Shown: one piece after another, positions 6,463-15,123 of the stretch | Layout: each line of letters opens with the position of its first letter | How positions within the stretch are numbered: the stretch's first letter is position 1 | Virus genome (UHGV): UHGV-0204638 | Reading direction: 5' to 3' (one strand) | Length of the DNA: 36,864 bases | DNA from: a virus | Program-made: the position numbers and the translations under genes | The notes under the pieces: generated by a model | Told to the model about the DNA's origin: nothing | Database searches by the model: none | The model's input: only the letters and a program-made list of their open reading frames with translations

Positions 6463-7686
6463 TCATTGCGAGTGCTTTTTTCTTTCGTTTTCGATGTAAT
6501 TTTCGAACTGCTCCATAGACCTCTTTTTGACTTCTGGTGAAATGTGGGCGTAGATTTGAGTTGTTGAAATATCTTTGTGCCCAAGAAAGTCTTTGATATC
6601 TTCTAAGGATAGACCAGCTTGTCGAGACCTGACTGCAAATGTATGCCTGCCATCGTGAACTCTAATTTTCGGCAAATCAGCTTTTTCAGCAATCCGATTA
6701 AATGCACCATTCACTGATCGATCGCGAACTATTTTACCTTTGTATCTCTTACTGGTTTGCAAGAAGATAAATTGTTCGCCATCTTCAGTAGAAGGGAAGG
6801 TACCAAAAGTACTCAAGATATGATTTCTAAAAGCAAGGAGCGCCTGTTTGCTTCTTTTAGTCATAGGCATACTTCTGATTCCAGCAGGTGTTTTTGGGTC
6901 GTCAGTTATAATAGCGTTAGTATTCAGACCTTTTTCGACTGATCCTAACCGTTCTCTTTCAATACTGATCATATTTCCTCCGAAATCAATATCCTGCCAC
7001 TGTAAACCCATCACTTCTGATTTCCTCAATCCTTGATCAAAGATTAGTAGGAAGAAGGGGTACCACAAAACCTCGGATTCTTTTTTCGCAAAATCTAAAA
7101 ATCTATCAGCTTGCTGCAAATCATAATATCTGATCGATTCTTTTTTCTCAATCAATCTGGGAAATTCAACGAATTGAGTTGGGTTATCTTTTATATATCC
7201 TAATTGAATTGCTTTTTTGAAAGCATTGCTCAGCGTCGCATTTACGCTCTTGGCAGTAGTGATGGACAAACCTTGTCCGCTTCTTCCTAAACCTGCCTTT
7301 GTAAGTAGTAGATTAATGAATTTTTGATGATCAGCTCGAGTATATTTGTTCAAAGAATATTTTCCAATATAGGGAATGATATACATCCTTATGTTGGCTC
7401 TGTGAACTACTCTTGTACCTTCTTTGACTGCTTGCTTATAATTGGTTACCCAATCTTCAAGAAATTCTTCTATAGTTAAGTTCTGTGGATTTTCTTTGAA
7501 ATATTCTTCAGATGCTATTTTTCCTTCAATTATTTTGGCGTAACTGTTTGCTTCATCAAATGACTTGAATCCTTTTTTGTGTATCTTGTTTTGTTTTCCT
7601 GTTCCGGGATTGATTCCATTAGAAATGAAAACTTCATATCTATATTGTTTTGCCTTCTTCAAATAGTATTTCTTTATAGAAGCCAT
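6463..7686 (-). CDS. int: Tyrosine-type site-specific integrase (phage integrase family).
   Basis: The C-terminal R...HDGRHTFAVRS...LGH...TQIYAH matches the R-H-R-Y catalytic signature. The N-terminal YRYEVF is typical of the arm-binding domain. The start at 7686 has RBS AAGGAG; the tracked ORF extends to 7800 with no SD. Confidence 0.85.
   Translation of the reverse strand: MASIKKYYLKKAKQYRYEVFISNGINPGTGKQNKIHKKGFKSFDEANSYAKIIEGKIASEEYFKENPQNLTIEEFLEDWVTNYKQAVKEGTRVVHRANIRMYIIPYIGKYSLNKYTRADHQKFINLLLTKAGLGRSGQGLSITTAKSVNATLSNAFKKAIQLGYIKDNPTQFVEFPRLIEKKESIRYYDLQQADRFLDFAKKESEVLWYPFFLLIFDQGLRKSEVMGLQWQDIDFGGNMISIERERLGSVEKGLNTNAIITDDPKTPAGIRSMPMTKRSKQALLAFRNHILSTFGTFPSTEDGEQFIFLQTSKRYKGKIVRDRSVNGAFNRIAEKADLPKIRVHDGRHTFAVRSRQAGLSLEDIKDFLGHKDISTTQIYAHISPEVKKRSMEQFENYIENERKKHSQ
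6466..6491. terminator. Bidirectional hairpin terminator overlapping the last integrase codons.
   Basis: GCACTC-attgc-GAGTGC with TTTTTT on the + strand and a T-rich run on the - strand. Confidence 0.5.
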
Positions 7687-7842
7687 TAGAGTTCTCCTTT
7701 CGTATTTTGTAAACTTAATTTCGAATAAACAATCGAAATTGATCAAATAATTGCTCGAATAGCGCATTAATTCGAATTTAGACAAAAATATAACGAACAT
7801 ACGTTCTTTTGAGTGTAAAAAGAAAAGCCCGAAGGCTAATCT

Positions 7843-8715
7843 CTAATTTAAATTGTCAATTGCATATTGAGCTTCTTCTGGTGTGAACTTTTCATAGATT
7901 AACTGATCATATAAGCCGGAGTCAGAAAAAGAAGAGTAGTCAAGGTAGTCTTGAGCCGTGGCGAATGCTTGTGATTTCCAATCAACGTCTATATTATCTA
8001 CAGCATATCTTGCAGCATCATCAGGGTATTGTTCATAAATAAGCTGATCATAAAGCCCTTCTTTTGAAAAAGAAGTGTAATTTAGATAATCAATAGCAGA
8101 TTGTTTAGCATTAGCATATTCTCTAGGTAAATTTGCTTCTGCCAAAGCTGCCTCGGTTTCTTCTTTTTCTTTAGATGCCGAAGCTTCTTGAGCAGCTTTT
8201 TCCTCTTCCTGTTTTTGCGCTAAAACTTTAGCATTGGGTTTTAAAATTATTTTTGCACTAGTATTACCGCCATCAAGTCTAGAATTTATAGTGAGTTCTT
8301 CGTCTTTATCACCAGTTAGAGAATGATTTAAAGAAAATTTTCCATCTTTGTCTGCTTCAACTGAGTCACCAATTATACCCAATCCTACAGAAACCGATGC
8401 ACCAGGATTTGTTGTTCCAGTGATTACGGCGTTACCGTCTTCGTCAACTTCTAGTTCTTCATTATCTAATTTAAGTTCAACAACTACAGAATTACTACTA
8501 GAACCCTCCGATTCTTTGATCGATTCAGTAGTAGTTGTTGCAGTTTCCGCAACTTGTTTCTCATCGTCTCCTGAACCTAGAATACCCACTAGTGCAAATG
8601 AAATTGCAGCTAGCCCAATTGCGATATTTCTTTTACTTGAATCTGGTTTTCTTTTAATAAAATACCAAATACCAACACAACTTATAATAAAAATTAAACT
8701 AAACAACCCTGTCAT
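7843..8715 (-). CDS. Ltp-like superinfection-exclusion membrane protein with two N-terminal TM helices and two C-terminal Ltp repeat domains.
   Basis: The two repeats (AKQSAIDYLNYTSFSKEGLYDQLIYEQYPDDAARYAVDNIDVDWK and AFATAQDYLDYSSFSDSGLYDQLIYEKFTPEEAQYAIDNL) match the Lipoprotein_Ltp repeat (SA..YL..s.FS..gLi.QL.yE.F....A.YAv). Its position between int and the repressor mirrors S. thermophilus phage TP-J34 ltp. Confidence 0.65.
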   Translation of the reverse strand: MTGLFSLIFIISCVGIWYFIKRKPDSSKRNIAIGLAAISFALVGILGSGDDEKQVAETATTTTESIKESEGSSSNSVVVELKLDNEELEVDEDGNAVITGTTNPGASVSVGLGIIGDSVEADKDGKFSLNHSLTGDKDEELTINSRLDGGNTSAKIILKPNAKVLAQKQEEEKAAQEASASKEKEETEAALAEANLPREYANAKQSAIDYLNYTSFSKEGLYDQLIYEQYPDDAARYAVDNIDVDWKSQAFATAQDYLDYSSFSDSGLYDQLIYEKFTPEEAQYAIDNLN

Positions 8716-8726
8716 TTTCCCATCTC

Positions 8727-9200
8727 CTAAAAATTATTAAATGATTTTAAAACTGCTACAGTCCCATTCGGTTGGAATAGGAGAGTGTAGTTGTTTTCTG
8801 TTTTAATGCCTGAAAACCTTCTTGAATAATATTTGACAGCATCTTTGAAAGTATCTTCAGTAATTTGTAGATGTAGTGCACATTCTAAAGTTGAACGACA
8901 TCCTTCTTCAAAACATTCAATTATATCTTGTGGTGAAACAACTAATATTGATCCAATATCTCTTGCTCGACGTTCTTGTTTTCGTTTTTCGTTTGTATCT
9001 TGTAATACGATGTTCCCGTAAGAAGTAAGGTAATGTCCTAATTCTTCTGCTAAGGTACTGTTCAACTCATATTTTTCCTGATTAGGATTTAAATAGATAG
9101 TTTCGTTAATCAGTAATCCTTTTTGACCAATCGGCATACCGTGCTCTGTCTTATATGTAAGTTCAGGAAACATTATCATCAACTCTTCTGATAACTGCAA
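8727..9200 (-). CDS. ImmA/IrrE-family metallopeptidase-like protein (anti-repressor protease partner of the XRE repressor) with an atypical EELGH motif. Start uncertain.
   Basis: It follows the cI-like repressor in the same operon. The motif LAEELGHYL sits where HEXXH is expected, with the first His replaced by Glu. The candidate TTG start at 9200 has RBS AGGTGA. Confidence 0.5.
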   Translation of the reverse strand: MQLSEELMIMFPELTYKTEHGMPIGQKGLLINETIYLNPNQEKYELNSTLAEELGHYLTSYGNIVLQDTNEKRKQERRARDIGSILVVSPQDIIECFEEGCRSTLECALHLQITEDTFKDAVKYYSRRFSGIKTENNYTLLFQPNGTVAVLKSFNNF

Positions 9201-9208
9201 CTAATCAC

Positions 9209-9538
9209 CTACTTTTTATGATCTCTATTTTTAACGAATTCTATGAAGTTTAATATTTCATTCATCTGTTCTTCCGACACATCATCATCAATATGTGCAG
9301 CAATAGTATCGATTTTATTTGAAGGTTTATTAGGTAGCTTTTCATCATCAATTCCTAACAGATAGTCTACAGAAGTTCCAAAGAGGGCTGCGATTTTAGC
9401 CAAAGCATCAGAATTGGGCTCTGCTCGACCAACTTCCCAACTGCCGATTGTTTGCTGAGAAACATTCAGTTTCTTTGCTAAGTCTGATTGTGTCCATTTT
9501 CTGCTTGCTCTTAATTCTTTTAATCGACTTTTAAACAT
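9209..9538 (-). CDS. cI-like XRE-family HTH repressor.
   Basis: The HTH TQSDLAKKLNVSQQTIGSWEVGRAEP is typical of XRE repressors. The RBS GGAGGAGGGG and a perfect TATAAT -10 lie upstream. It is divergent from cro. Confidence 0.8.
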   Translation of the reverse strand: MFKSRLKELRASRKWTQSDLAKKLNVSQQTIGSWEVGRAEPNSDALAKIAALFGTSVDYLLGIDDEKLPNKPSNKIDTIAAHIDDDVSEEQMNEILNFIEFVKNRDHKK

Positions 9539-9686
9539 ATGACCCCTCCTCCAATAAAATTATATACTACATACCGTAGTAGAGAAAGCAAATAAATACT
9601 TTTACAAAAAAATGTAGTAAAAACGTTTGACATACTACTTTTTGTAGTATATTATTACTACATAAGATAGTAATGGGGGTGAAATC
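9539..9686. promoter_or_regulatory. Genetic-switch region with divergent promoters and three TACTAC/GTAGTA inverted-repeat operators.
   Basis: Site A is TACTAC-N5-GTAGTA (9565-9581). Site B is GTAGTA-N13-TACTAC (9614-9638) and embeds the -35 TTGACA (9627-9632). Site C is GTAGTA-TATTAT-TACTAC (9644-9661) and embeds the cro -10. A - strand TATATAAT -10 overlaps site A. Confidence 0.6.
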
Positions 9687-9914
9687 ATGGAAAACAAACT
9701 TGCGGAAATAAGATCAAGTCAATATATGTCACAAGGAAAACTTGCTGAATTACTGAAAGTATCGCAAAAAACAATTAGTTCATGGGAAATTGGCAGAACT
9801 AGTCCAAAGCCTTCTCAAATGCAACATATTGAGGATATTTTCAATACACCAAAAGAAGAAATTTTTTTTATGGCGTTTAACTACAAAAATGAGTTAGAAG
9901 GGGTGGCAAAATGA
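9687..9914 (+). CDS. Cro-like XRE-family HTH regulator.
   Basis: The HTH is SQGKLAELLKVSQKTISSWEIGRTSP. It is divergent from the repressor. Confidence 0.75.
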   Translation: MENKLAEIRSSQYMSQGKLAELLKVSQKTISSWEIGRTSPKPSQMQHIEDIFNTPKEEIFFMAFNYKNELEGVAK

Positions 9915-10165
9915 AAGACAAACCACAAATGATCAAAGCGAATGTCGATTCGGGATTTCTACCACAATATATAGAAATGATTATTCCTGCCATTAAACGC
10001 AAGTTTAGCATTTCAATCGGTATTGAAGGCGAACTGTTCATGAACCCTGGCGGTGTTGAAGAAATCATCATTCGTTTTCTAGCTACCGATGAAGTAGCAC
10101 AGGACATTTATTCCTATATTGACGATAAATGGCAGTTCGCCTCAACACCAGAACTTGTTGCTTAA
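9911..10165 (+). CDS. Hypothetical 84-aa early protein.
   Basis: ATGA start/stop overlap with cro. Confidence 0.45.
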   Translation: MKDKPQMIKANVDSGFLPQYIEMIIPAIKRKFSISIGIEGELFMNPGGVEEIIIRFLATDEVAQDIYSYIDDKWQFASTPELVA

Positions 10166-10229
10166 GTTCATTTTAGATAACAATTGACCGTTTGTGTCAA
10201 AAACAATAACGGATAAAAGGAGTGAAAGC

Positions 10230-10778
10230 ATGCCGAAAGCAGCAAAAATCGGTCGGACCTTAAAACTATCATTATTTCTTTCGGGAAAGAGACAGAAAGA
10301 ATTAGCGATCGATGCTAGTACACCAAATGCAACAGTAAGTGATCATTTTAATGGAGCCAACGTCAATATTGACAAGGCTATAGAGTATCTAGAGGCAATG
10401 AAAGAAAATGGGTATCAAGCTACTGATGAATTAACAGGAGACATCAGTTACCAATACTTAGGATTTTTCAAATCAATGGATGGCCAACTGGCAGATGTTA
10501 AATCAACGAACGATCTTGAGATATTTCAAGAGATCGAGTCAGATGAAAGAAAAGAACGGAAGAAAGTAGTTCAAAGAATCGTAGCTGAATCACAAGTAAG
10601 AATGCTTACTGATGTTGAAAGAACTGAACTTAGAAATTACACAGATGAGTTTCTGGATGAAATCATTGTGGAAATGGCGATCGTTTTTTCTATCTTGAAG
10701 ATTTTAAACGTCACTATCCAAGAGGCTATTAAAGCAAGAATGCCTCACTGGATCAAAAAAAGATATATGAGGGGGTAA
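10230..10778 (+). CDS. Hypothetical 182-aa early protein with a possible DNA-binding N-terminus.
   Basis: RBS AAAGGAG precedes the ATG at 10230. GRTLKLSLFLSGKRQKELAIDAS is HTH-like. Confidence 0.4.
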   Translation: MPKAAKIGRTLKLSLFLSGKRQKELAIDASTPNATVSDHFNGANVNIDKAIEYLEAMKENGYQATDELTGDISYQYLGFFKSMDGQLADVKSTNDLEIFQEIESDERKERKKVVQRIVAESQVRMLTDVERTELRNYTDEFLDEIIVEMAIVFSILKILNVTIQEAIKARMPHWIKKRYMRG

Positions 10779-10783
10779 CCACA

Positions 10784-11032
10784 ATGAAAATATCTCAAAT
10801 GAAGAATGTTGTGCCACTTGAGAGAAAAAATGAAGCGTTAGAGGTTGAGTGGAAGAAAGCAAAAGAAATCGCTGATTATCTTGGTATTTCAAGACCAACG
10901 TTATCCAAATTAACACATAGGGATGTTGATCCGATTCCTTATTCAAAACTTAGCGGGATTCTTCAATATGATCTGCAAAAGGTTAAGGAATGGGAAGAAC
11001 GTAATAGAACTTTTAACTATAAGGAGGCGTAA
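10784..11032 (+). CDS. HTH_17/MerR-like DNA-binding protein, a putative excisionase.
   Basis: AKEIADYLGISRPTLSKL is the excisionase-type HTH. It occupies an early-operon position. Confidence 0.5.
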   Translation: MKISQMKNVVPLERKNEALEVEWKKAKEIADYLGISRPTLSKLTHRDVDPIPYSKLSGILQYDLQKVKEWEERNRTFNYKEA

Positions 11033-11034
11033 TT

Positions 11035-11226
11035 ATGAAACGTTCAATTAAAGACACTTTGACCGTTACTGTACTTTTATTATTTGTAGTAGCTTTCACG
11101 GCAATCCACATTGTAGCAGGACTTGTATTAGTTTTCTTATGGGGCTTCGCTAATGTTGTTTACGATTTAGCTGCTAAAGATTACCAAGACAAAGAAAAAA
11201 GACTTGCTAGCCGACCAAAGCAATAG
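11035..11226 (+). CDS. Small membrane protein (63 aa).
   Basis: Single TM helix (LTVTVLLLFVVAFTAIHIVAGLVLVFLWGF). Confidence 0.4.
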   Translation: MKRSIKDTLTVTVLLLFVVAFTAIHIVAGLVLVFLWGFANVVYDLAAKDYQDKEKRLASRPKQ

Positions 11227-11292
11227 CAAGTCCATCAAATATTTGGATAAATATCTTTGTCTCCATTTTAAAACAGAAAAGGAGAAATGACA

Positions 11293-11385
11293 ATGAATTC
11301 TTTTGAACAAGCGTTAGACGAGTATTTGACAACTCCCGGATGGGGTCAACCAATTTCAATTGAGGAGATGACAGATGATGAGTAA
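11293..11385 (+). CDS. Possible 30-aa small protein upstream of and overlapping the exonuclease start.
   Basis: RBS AAGGAG with an 8-nt spacer to the ATG (MNSFEQALDEYLTTPGWGQPISIEEMTDDE). It was not in the ORF track because it is under 60 aa. Confidence 0.25.
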   Translation: MNSFEQALDEYLTTPGWGQPISIEEMTDDE

Positions 11386-12319
11386 ATCAACTCTTGAAAT
11401 GACTCATGAGGAGTGGTTATTAGATCGTCGAAAGGGTATAGGTGGCTCAGATGTCGCTACAATACTTGGGTTAAACAAATGGAAATCACCTTATCAATTA
11501 TGGCTAGAAAAGACTGGTCAAATCGATTTAGAACACACTGAGAGTGAACCAGCGTATTGGGGAAATGTACTAGAGGAAGTTGTTGCTAAAGAATTTCAAG
11601 AACGAACAGGAAAAAAAGTTCGTCGACGTAATCAGGTTTTCGAGCATCCGCTACATCCATTTCTACGAGCGAACATCGATCGGGATGTTGTTGGGGAAAA
11701 TGCTATTTTGGAATGTAAAACAGCAAATGCTTTCCTAGGTAAAGAATGGGAGGGCGAAGAAGTTCCACTGAGTTATTTGTGTCAGGTTCAGCATTACATG
11801 AACGTTTTAAATAAAAAATATTGTTATATAGCTGTTTTGGTTGGCGGACAAAAGTTCATTTGGAAACGAGTTGATCGTGATCAAGAACTGATTGACATGA
11901 TCACCGAACGATTAGTTAGTTTCTGGGAGGAAAATGTTTTAGCTGGTAAAGAACCAGAAATAGATGGTAGCGAAGCAACGTCAGACTTTTTAAAAGATCG
12001 GTATTCGGAACTTGATGAAACAGAAACCACATTGCCATCTTCATTTGATGATTTAGTTGAGCAAAAAAGGGAACTTAAGAAAGCAAAAAAAGAGATTGAA
12101 ACAGCCATTCGCCAAGTGGATAACGAAATCATAAACGAACTTGGCAAAAGAAATGCTAGTATCGGTATCGCTCCAAAAAACATCGTTTCTTGGAAGTTAG
12201 TATCCACTAGGAGAATGAACAACAAGAAACTTGCTGAAAAATATCCAGAAGTAGCTAAAGACGAAGAAATCTATAACGTTACTGAATCACGAAGACTTAC
12301 AGAAAAGGAGATCAAATAA
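11375..12319 (+). CDS. YqaJ-type viral recombinase/exonuclease (PD-(D/E)xK, lambda Exo-like).
   Basis: The sequence GIGGSDVATILGLNKWKSPYQLW...ILECKTA is the YqaJ signature. It is paired with the downstream RecT. Confidence 0.75.
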   Translation: MMSKSTLEMTHEEWLLDRRKGIGGSDVATILGLNKWKSPYQLWLEKTGQIDLEHTESEPAYWGNVLEEVVAKEFQERTGKKVRRRNQVFEHPLHPFLRANIDRDVVGENAILECKTANAFLGKEWEGEEVPLSYLCQVQHYMNVLNKKYCYIAVLVGGQKFIWKRVDRDQELIDMITERLVSFWEENVLAGKEPEIDGSEATSDFLKDRYSELDETETTLPSSFDDLVEQKRELKKAKKEIETAIRQVDNEIINELGKRNASIGIAPKNIVSWKLVSTRRMNNKKLAEKYPEVAKDEEIYNVTESRRLTEKEIK

Positions 12320-12320
12320 T

Positions 12321-13220
12321 ATGGCCACAAATGATGCATTAAAGAACCAATTAGCTGAAAAGAGTACACAGGTTGTTGATCCATCTAAATTAGGATTCAA
12401 GGCTTTAATGAACACACCAGCAATGAAAAAGAAATTTACAGATATTCTTCACGAGAAGTCGGATTCCTTTATGGGATCACTTATGACTCTAGTTGGTGGT
12501 GATAATTACCTATCTCAAGCCGAGCCAATGACGATCATTGCATCAGCTTTAAAAGCAGCGACAATGGATCTGCCGATTGATAAGAACCTTGGTTATGCTT
12601 ATGTGGTTCCCTTTAATCGATCAGAAAAGGTTGGGAACAAATGGATCAAACATAACGAAGCTCAATTCATTCTAGGTTACAAGGGTTATATTCAACTTGC
12701 TCAACGAAGTGGCCAATATAAAGCTTTAAATGCTCTGGCAATCTACGATGGGCAATTGATCGATTGGAATCCATTGACCGAAGAATTTACGTTTGACTAC
12801 AAAGCTAAAGTATCAGATGAAGTGATTGGTTATGTCGGATTCTTCGAACTATTGAACGGCTTTAAGAAAACAGTTTACTGGACCAAACAAGAAATCGAAA
12901 GTCATCGAATCAAGAATGCTAAGGGATATGACAACGAAAAATTAAGTGGCGCTTGGGTCGATAATTACGACTCAATGGCCATTAAAACAGTTCTTAGGAA
13001 TATGTTATCCAAGTGGGGCCTTTTATCTGTTGAAATGCAATCAGCAATTACTTCGGATGAGAAAGTCTTTCGAGTAGACGAAAACAACGATTTGATTGAA
13101 GAAACTGATTTATCAGATATGGAGCCATTGAATCAAGATCTAAAAGAAGCTGAACGAGTTGAAGAATCTGAAGACATTGAAACATTGTTCGATACATCAA
13201 ATCCACCGATAGAAAAATAA
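12321..13220 (+). CDS. recT: RecT-family single-strand annealing protein.
   Basis: GYKGYIQLAQRSGQYKAL is typical of RecT/Bet proteins. It is adjacent to the exonuclease. Confidence 0.75.
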   Translation: MATNDALKNQLAEKSTQVVDPSKLGFKALMNTPAMKKKFTDILHEKSDSFMGSLMTLVGGDNYLSQAEPMTIIASALKAATMDLPIDKNLGYAYVVPFNRSEKVGNKWIKHNEAQFILGYKGYIQLAQRSGQYKALNALAIYDGQLIDWNPLTEEFTFDYKAKVSDEVIGYVGFFELLNGFKKTVYWTKQEIESHRIKNAKGYDNEKLSGAWVDNYDSMAIKTVLRNMLSKWGLLSVEMQSAITSDEKVFRVDENNDLIEETDLSDMEPLNQDLKEAERVEESEDIETLFDTSNPPIEK

Positions 13221-13258
13221 TGAGGGAGTTAAACTCCCTCTGATTAGGAGGAATAAGC

Positions 13259-14164
13259 GTGGCAAGACCAACGAAGAAAGGTCTTGATTATTTTCCTCTG
13301 GATGTCGATTTTTTATCAGATTTAAAAGTTCGAAGAATTATTAAAGCATGCGGTAAAGAAGCCGTTCATATACTGGTCGCCCTGCTGGCTAATATTTATC
13401 GAGATGAGGGGTATTACGTTTTGTGGGATGACGACCTTGCGTTCTTAGTGGCTGACGAAGTTGGTACGAAGGAGGGCACAGTTGAAGAACTGGTTAGAAA
13501 AGCCGTGCAAGTAAAATTCTTCGATAAAGATATTTTTGATAAATACTCCGTATTAACTTCTAAAGGAATTCAAAACAGATACATTCTAGCCACTAAGGAA
13601 CGTAAAAAAGTTGAGCTTGAATTTAAATATTTGCTGACAAATGAAGTTAATCGGTCGAATATCTCGATTAACGGGCGGAATAACTCAGTTAATCAGGGGA
13701 ATAATCAACAAAGTAAAGTAAAGGAAAGTAAAGAAAAGGAAATAAAAGAAGATGCTACTGTGGGCGAGAGTGCATCCCTTGGAACTTTCCAAAAATTATG
13801 GCTTTTTCCAAATGTTGTACAAGTTGAAGATCTGCTTAATCTGGTGGATATCTATGGCGATGAACTTGTAGAAGCTGCCATTAAACTTGCTGGTAGTAAA
13901 GACGTCCCTAAGAATAGAGCTATTAGCTTTTTAACGGCTTCTTTGCAGGAATGGGCAGATGCTAACGTTAAAACGATCGATCAAGCGAGGGATTATCAAC
14001 GAACTAGAGGCGCTAAGAAACAAGGCTATAATCAAAAGCCACTACGTGAGGAAAAACTACCTGATTGGGCTGTAAACGAACAGGGGGAAGAACAGTTATC
14101 ACCTGAGCGCCAAGCAGAGCTTGATGCAAAACTAGCAGCATATCTAAACAAAACGAAGCATTGA
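13259..14164 (+). CDS. Replication initiation/organiser protein (Lin1244/DUF4373-like N-terminus plus DnaD-like C-terminal domain). GTG start.
   Basis: The N-terminal KGLDYFPLDVDFLSDLKVRRI and the C-terminal AISFLTASLQEWADANVKTIDQARDY are DnaD-like. RBS GGAGG. Confidence 0.6.
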   Translation: MARPTKKGLDYFPLDVDFLSDLKVRRIIKACGKEAVHILVALLANIYRDEGYYVLWDDDLAFLVADEVGTKEGTVEELVRKAVQVKFFDKDIFDKYSVLTSKGIQNRYILATKERKKVELEFKYLLTNEVNRSNISINGRNNSVNQGNNQQSKVKESKEKEIKEDATVGESASLGTFQKLWLFPNVVQVEDLLNLVDIYGDELVEAAIKLAGSKDVPKNRAISFLTASLQEWADANVKTIDQARDYQRTRGAKKQGYNQKPLREEKLPDWAVNEQGEEQLSPERQAELDAKLAAYLNKTKH

Positions 14165-14178
14165 AAGGAGCAGATTGC

Positions 14179-14586
14179 TTGAAAATTGTCATACCGATCA
14201 CACCAAAGCCTCAATCAAGGCCGAGGTTCACCAAGCATCGTAAGACTCCCTATGAGGAATCAGCGATGAAAGCATACAAAAATGCAGTCAAATACCATGC
14301 TATGTCAACAAGGCCGCTGTTAATTGAAAAAGGACCAGTAATTGTTGATGTCTGCTTCTTCGTATATCCACCAGCTTATATCTCAAAAGTAAAGAAAAAC
14401 AGGACTTTGCTTGAGGACGAGACAATGTACTGCGATAAAAAGCCAGACATTGATAATTATTTCAAAGCAGTGACGGATGCGGTAAACGGCATTTTGTATA
14501 AAGACGATGGCCAGATAGCAGTTAGCATCTGCCGTAAAGTTTACAGCTTCAATCCTCGAACAGAAATTGAAATTAATCCACTTTAG
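14179..14586 (+). CDS. rusA: RusA-family Holliday junction resolvase.
   Basis: IVIPITPKPQSRPRF...KPDIDNYFKAVTDAVNGILYKDDGQI matches RusA. RBS AAGGAG precedes the TTG at 14179; the tracked ORF begins at 14161. Confidence 0.75.
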   Translation: MKIVIPITPKPQSRPRFTKHRKTPYEESAMKAYKNAVKYHAMSTRPLLIEKGPVIVDVCFFVYPPAYISKVKKNRTLLEDETMYCDKKPDIDNYFKAVTDAVNGILYKDDGQIAVSICRKVYSFNPRTEIEINPL

Positions 14587-14604
14587 GAAGAGAGAAGGTA
14601 CTTC

Positions 14605-14877
14605 ATGGGAGAAATGGCTGAATACTGGAAAGATGTGAAGCCTTACCTGAAAGAGCGCAGAACGCAGCATGTTAAGCGCATGGGAGATTCCGCGACAAAA
14701 AACATCAAGGCTTTGGGCTTTGAATTTACCCATTATCCAAATAATCATCAATTTGCGATCAATACGCCGAAAGGCACGATTGATTATTGGGGAACAACTG
14801 GTACTTGGATAGATCGTAAAACGAAAAGACGTGGCAAAGGACTGCATAGTTTAAGGAAATACGTTAGCGGCAGTTAG
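14605..14877 (+). CDS. Hypothetical 90-aa phage protein.
   Basis: ORF with an upstream GAGAAGG RBS. Basic C-terminus. Confidence 0.4.
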   Translation: MGEMAEYWKDVKPYLKERRTQHVKRMGDSATKNIKALGFEFTHYPNNHQFAINTPKGTIDYWGTTGTWIDRKTKRRGKGLHSLRKYVSGS

Positions 14878-14937
14878 TCAGTAATCGGAAGAAATTACCA
14901 ACTTGGAAAGAAAAAAGACCAACACAAGTTGATCTAA

Positions 14938-15123
14938 TTAATCCTTATAATGAATACTTCCATCTGGCTCTAGTCTTGGTGTAATTGCGACGCCTTTTCC
15001 GTCAGAACCGATAACAATTGTTTGAATATATTGTACCTGTGTCTCGGGATCAGTAATAACAAAGATTTCGTTGGTTCTGCCTTTATAAACTTTTTCAACT
15101 TCAAATTCAATATTGTTCGCCAT
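14938..15123 (-). CDS. Small 61-aa protein on the opposite strand (MANNIEFEVEKVY...).
   Basis: RBS AAGGAG is 7 nt upstream of the ATG at 15123; the tracked ORF extends to 15165. It is divergent from the Zn-ribbon gene. Confidence 0.45.
   Translation of the reverse strand: MANNIEFEVEKVYKGRTNEIFVITDPETQVQYIQTIVIGSDGKGVAITPRLEPDGSIHYKD

Noticed and set aside
6387-6584. A 65-aa - strand ORF spanning the direct repeat and the integrase terminator.
   Set aside because: It overlaps the int 3' end and terminator hairpin, has no RBS, and its translation is lysine/serine-rich low-complexity. The region reads better as att/regulatory DNA.
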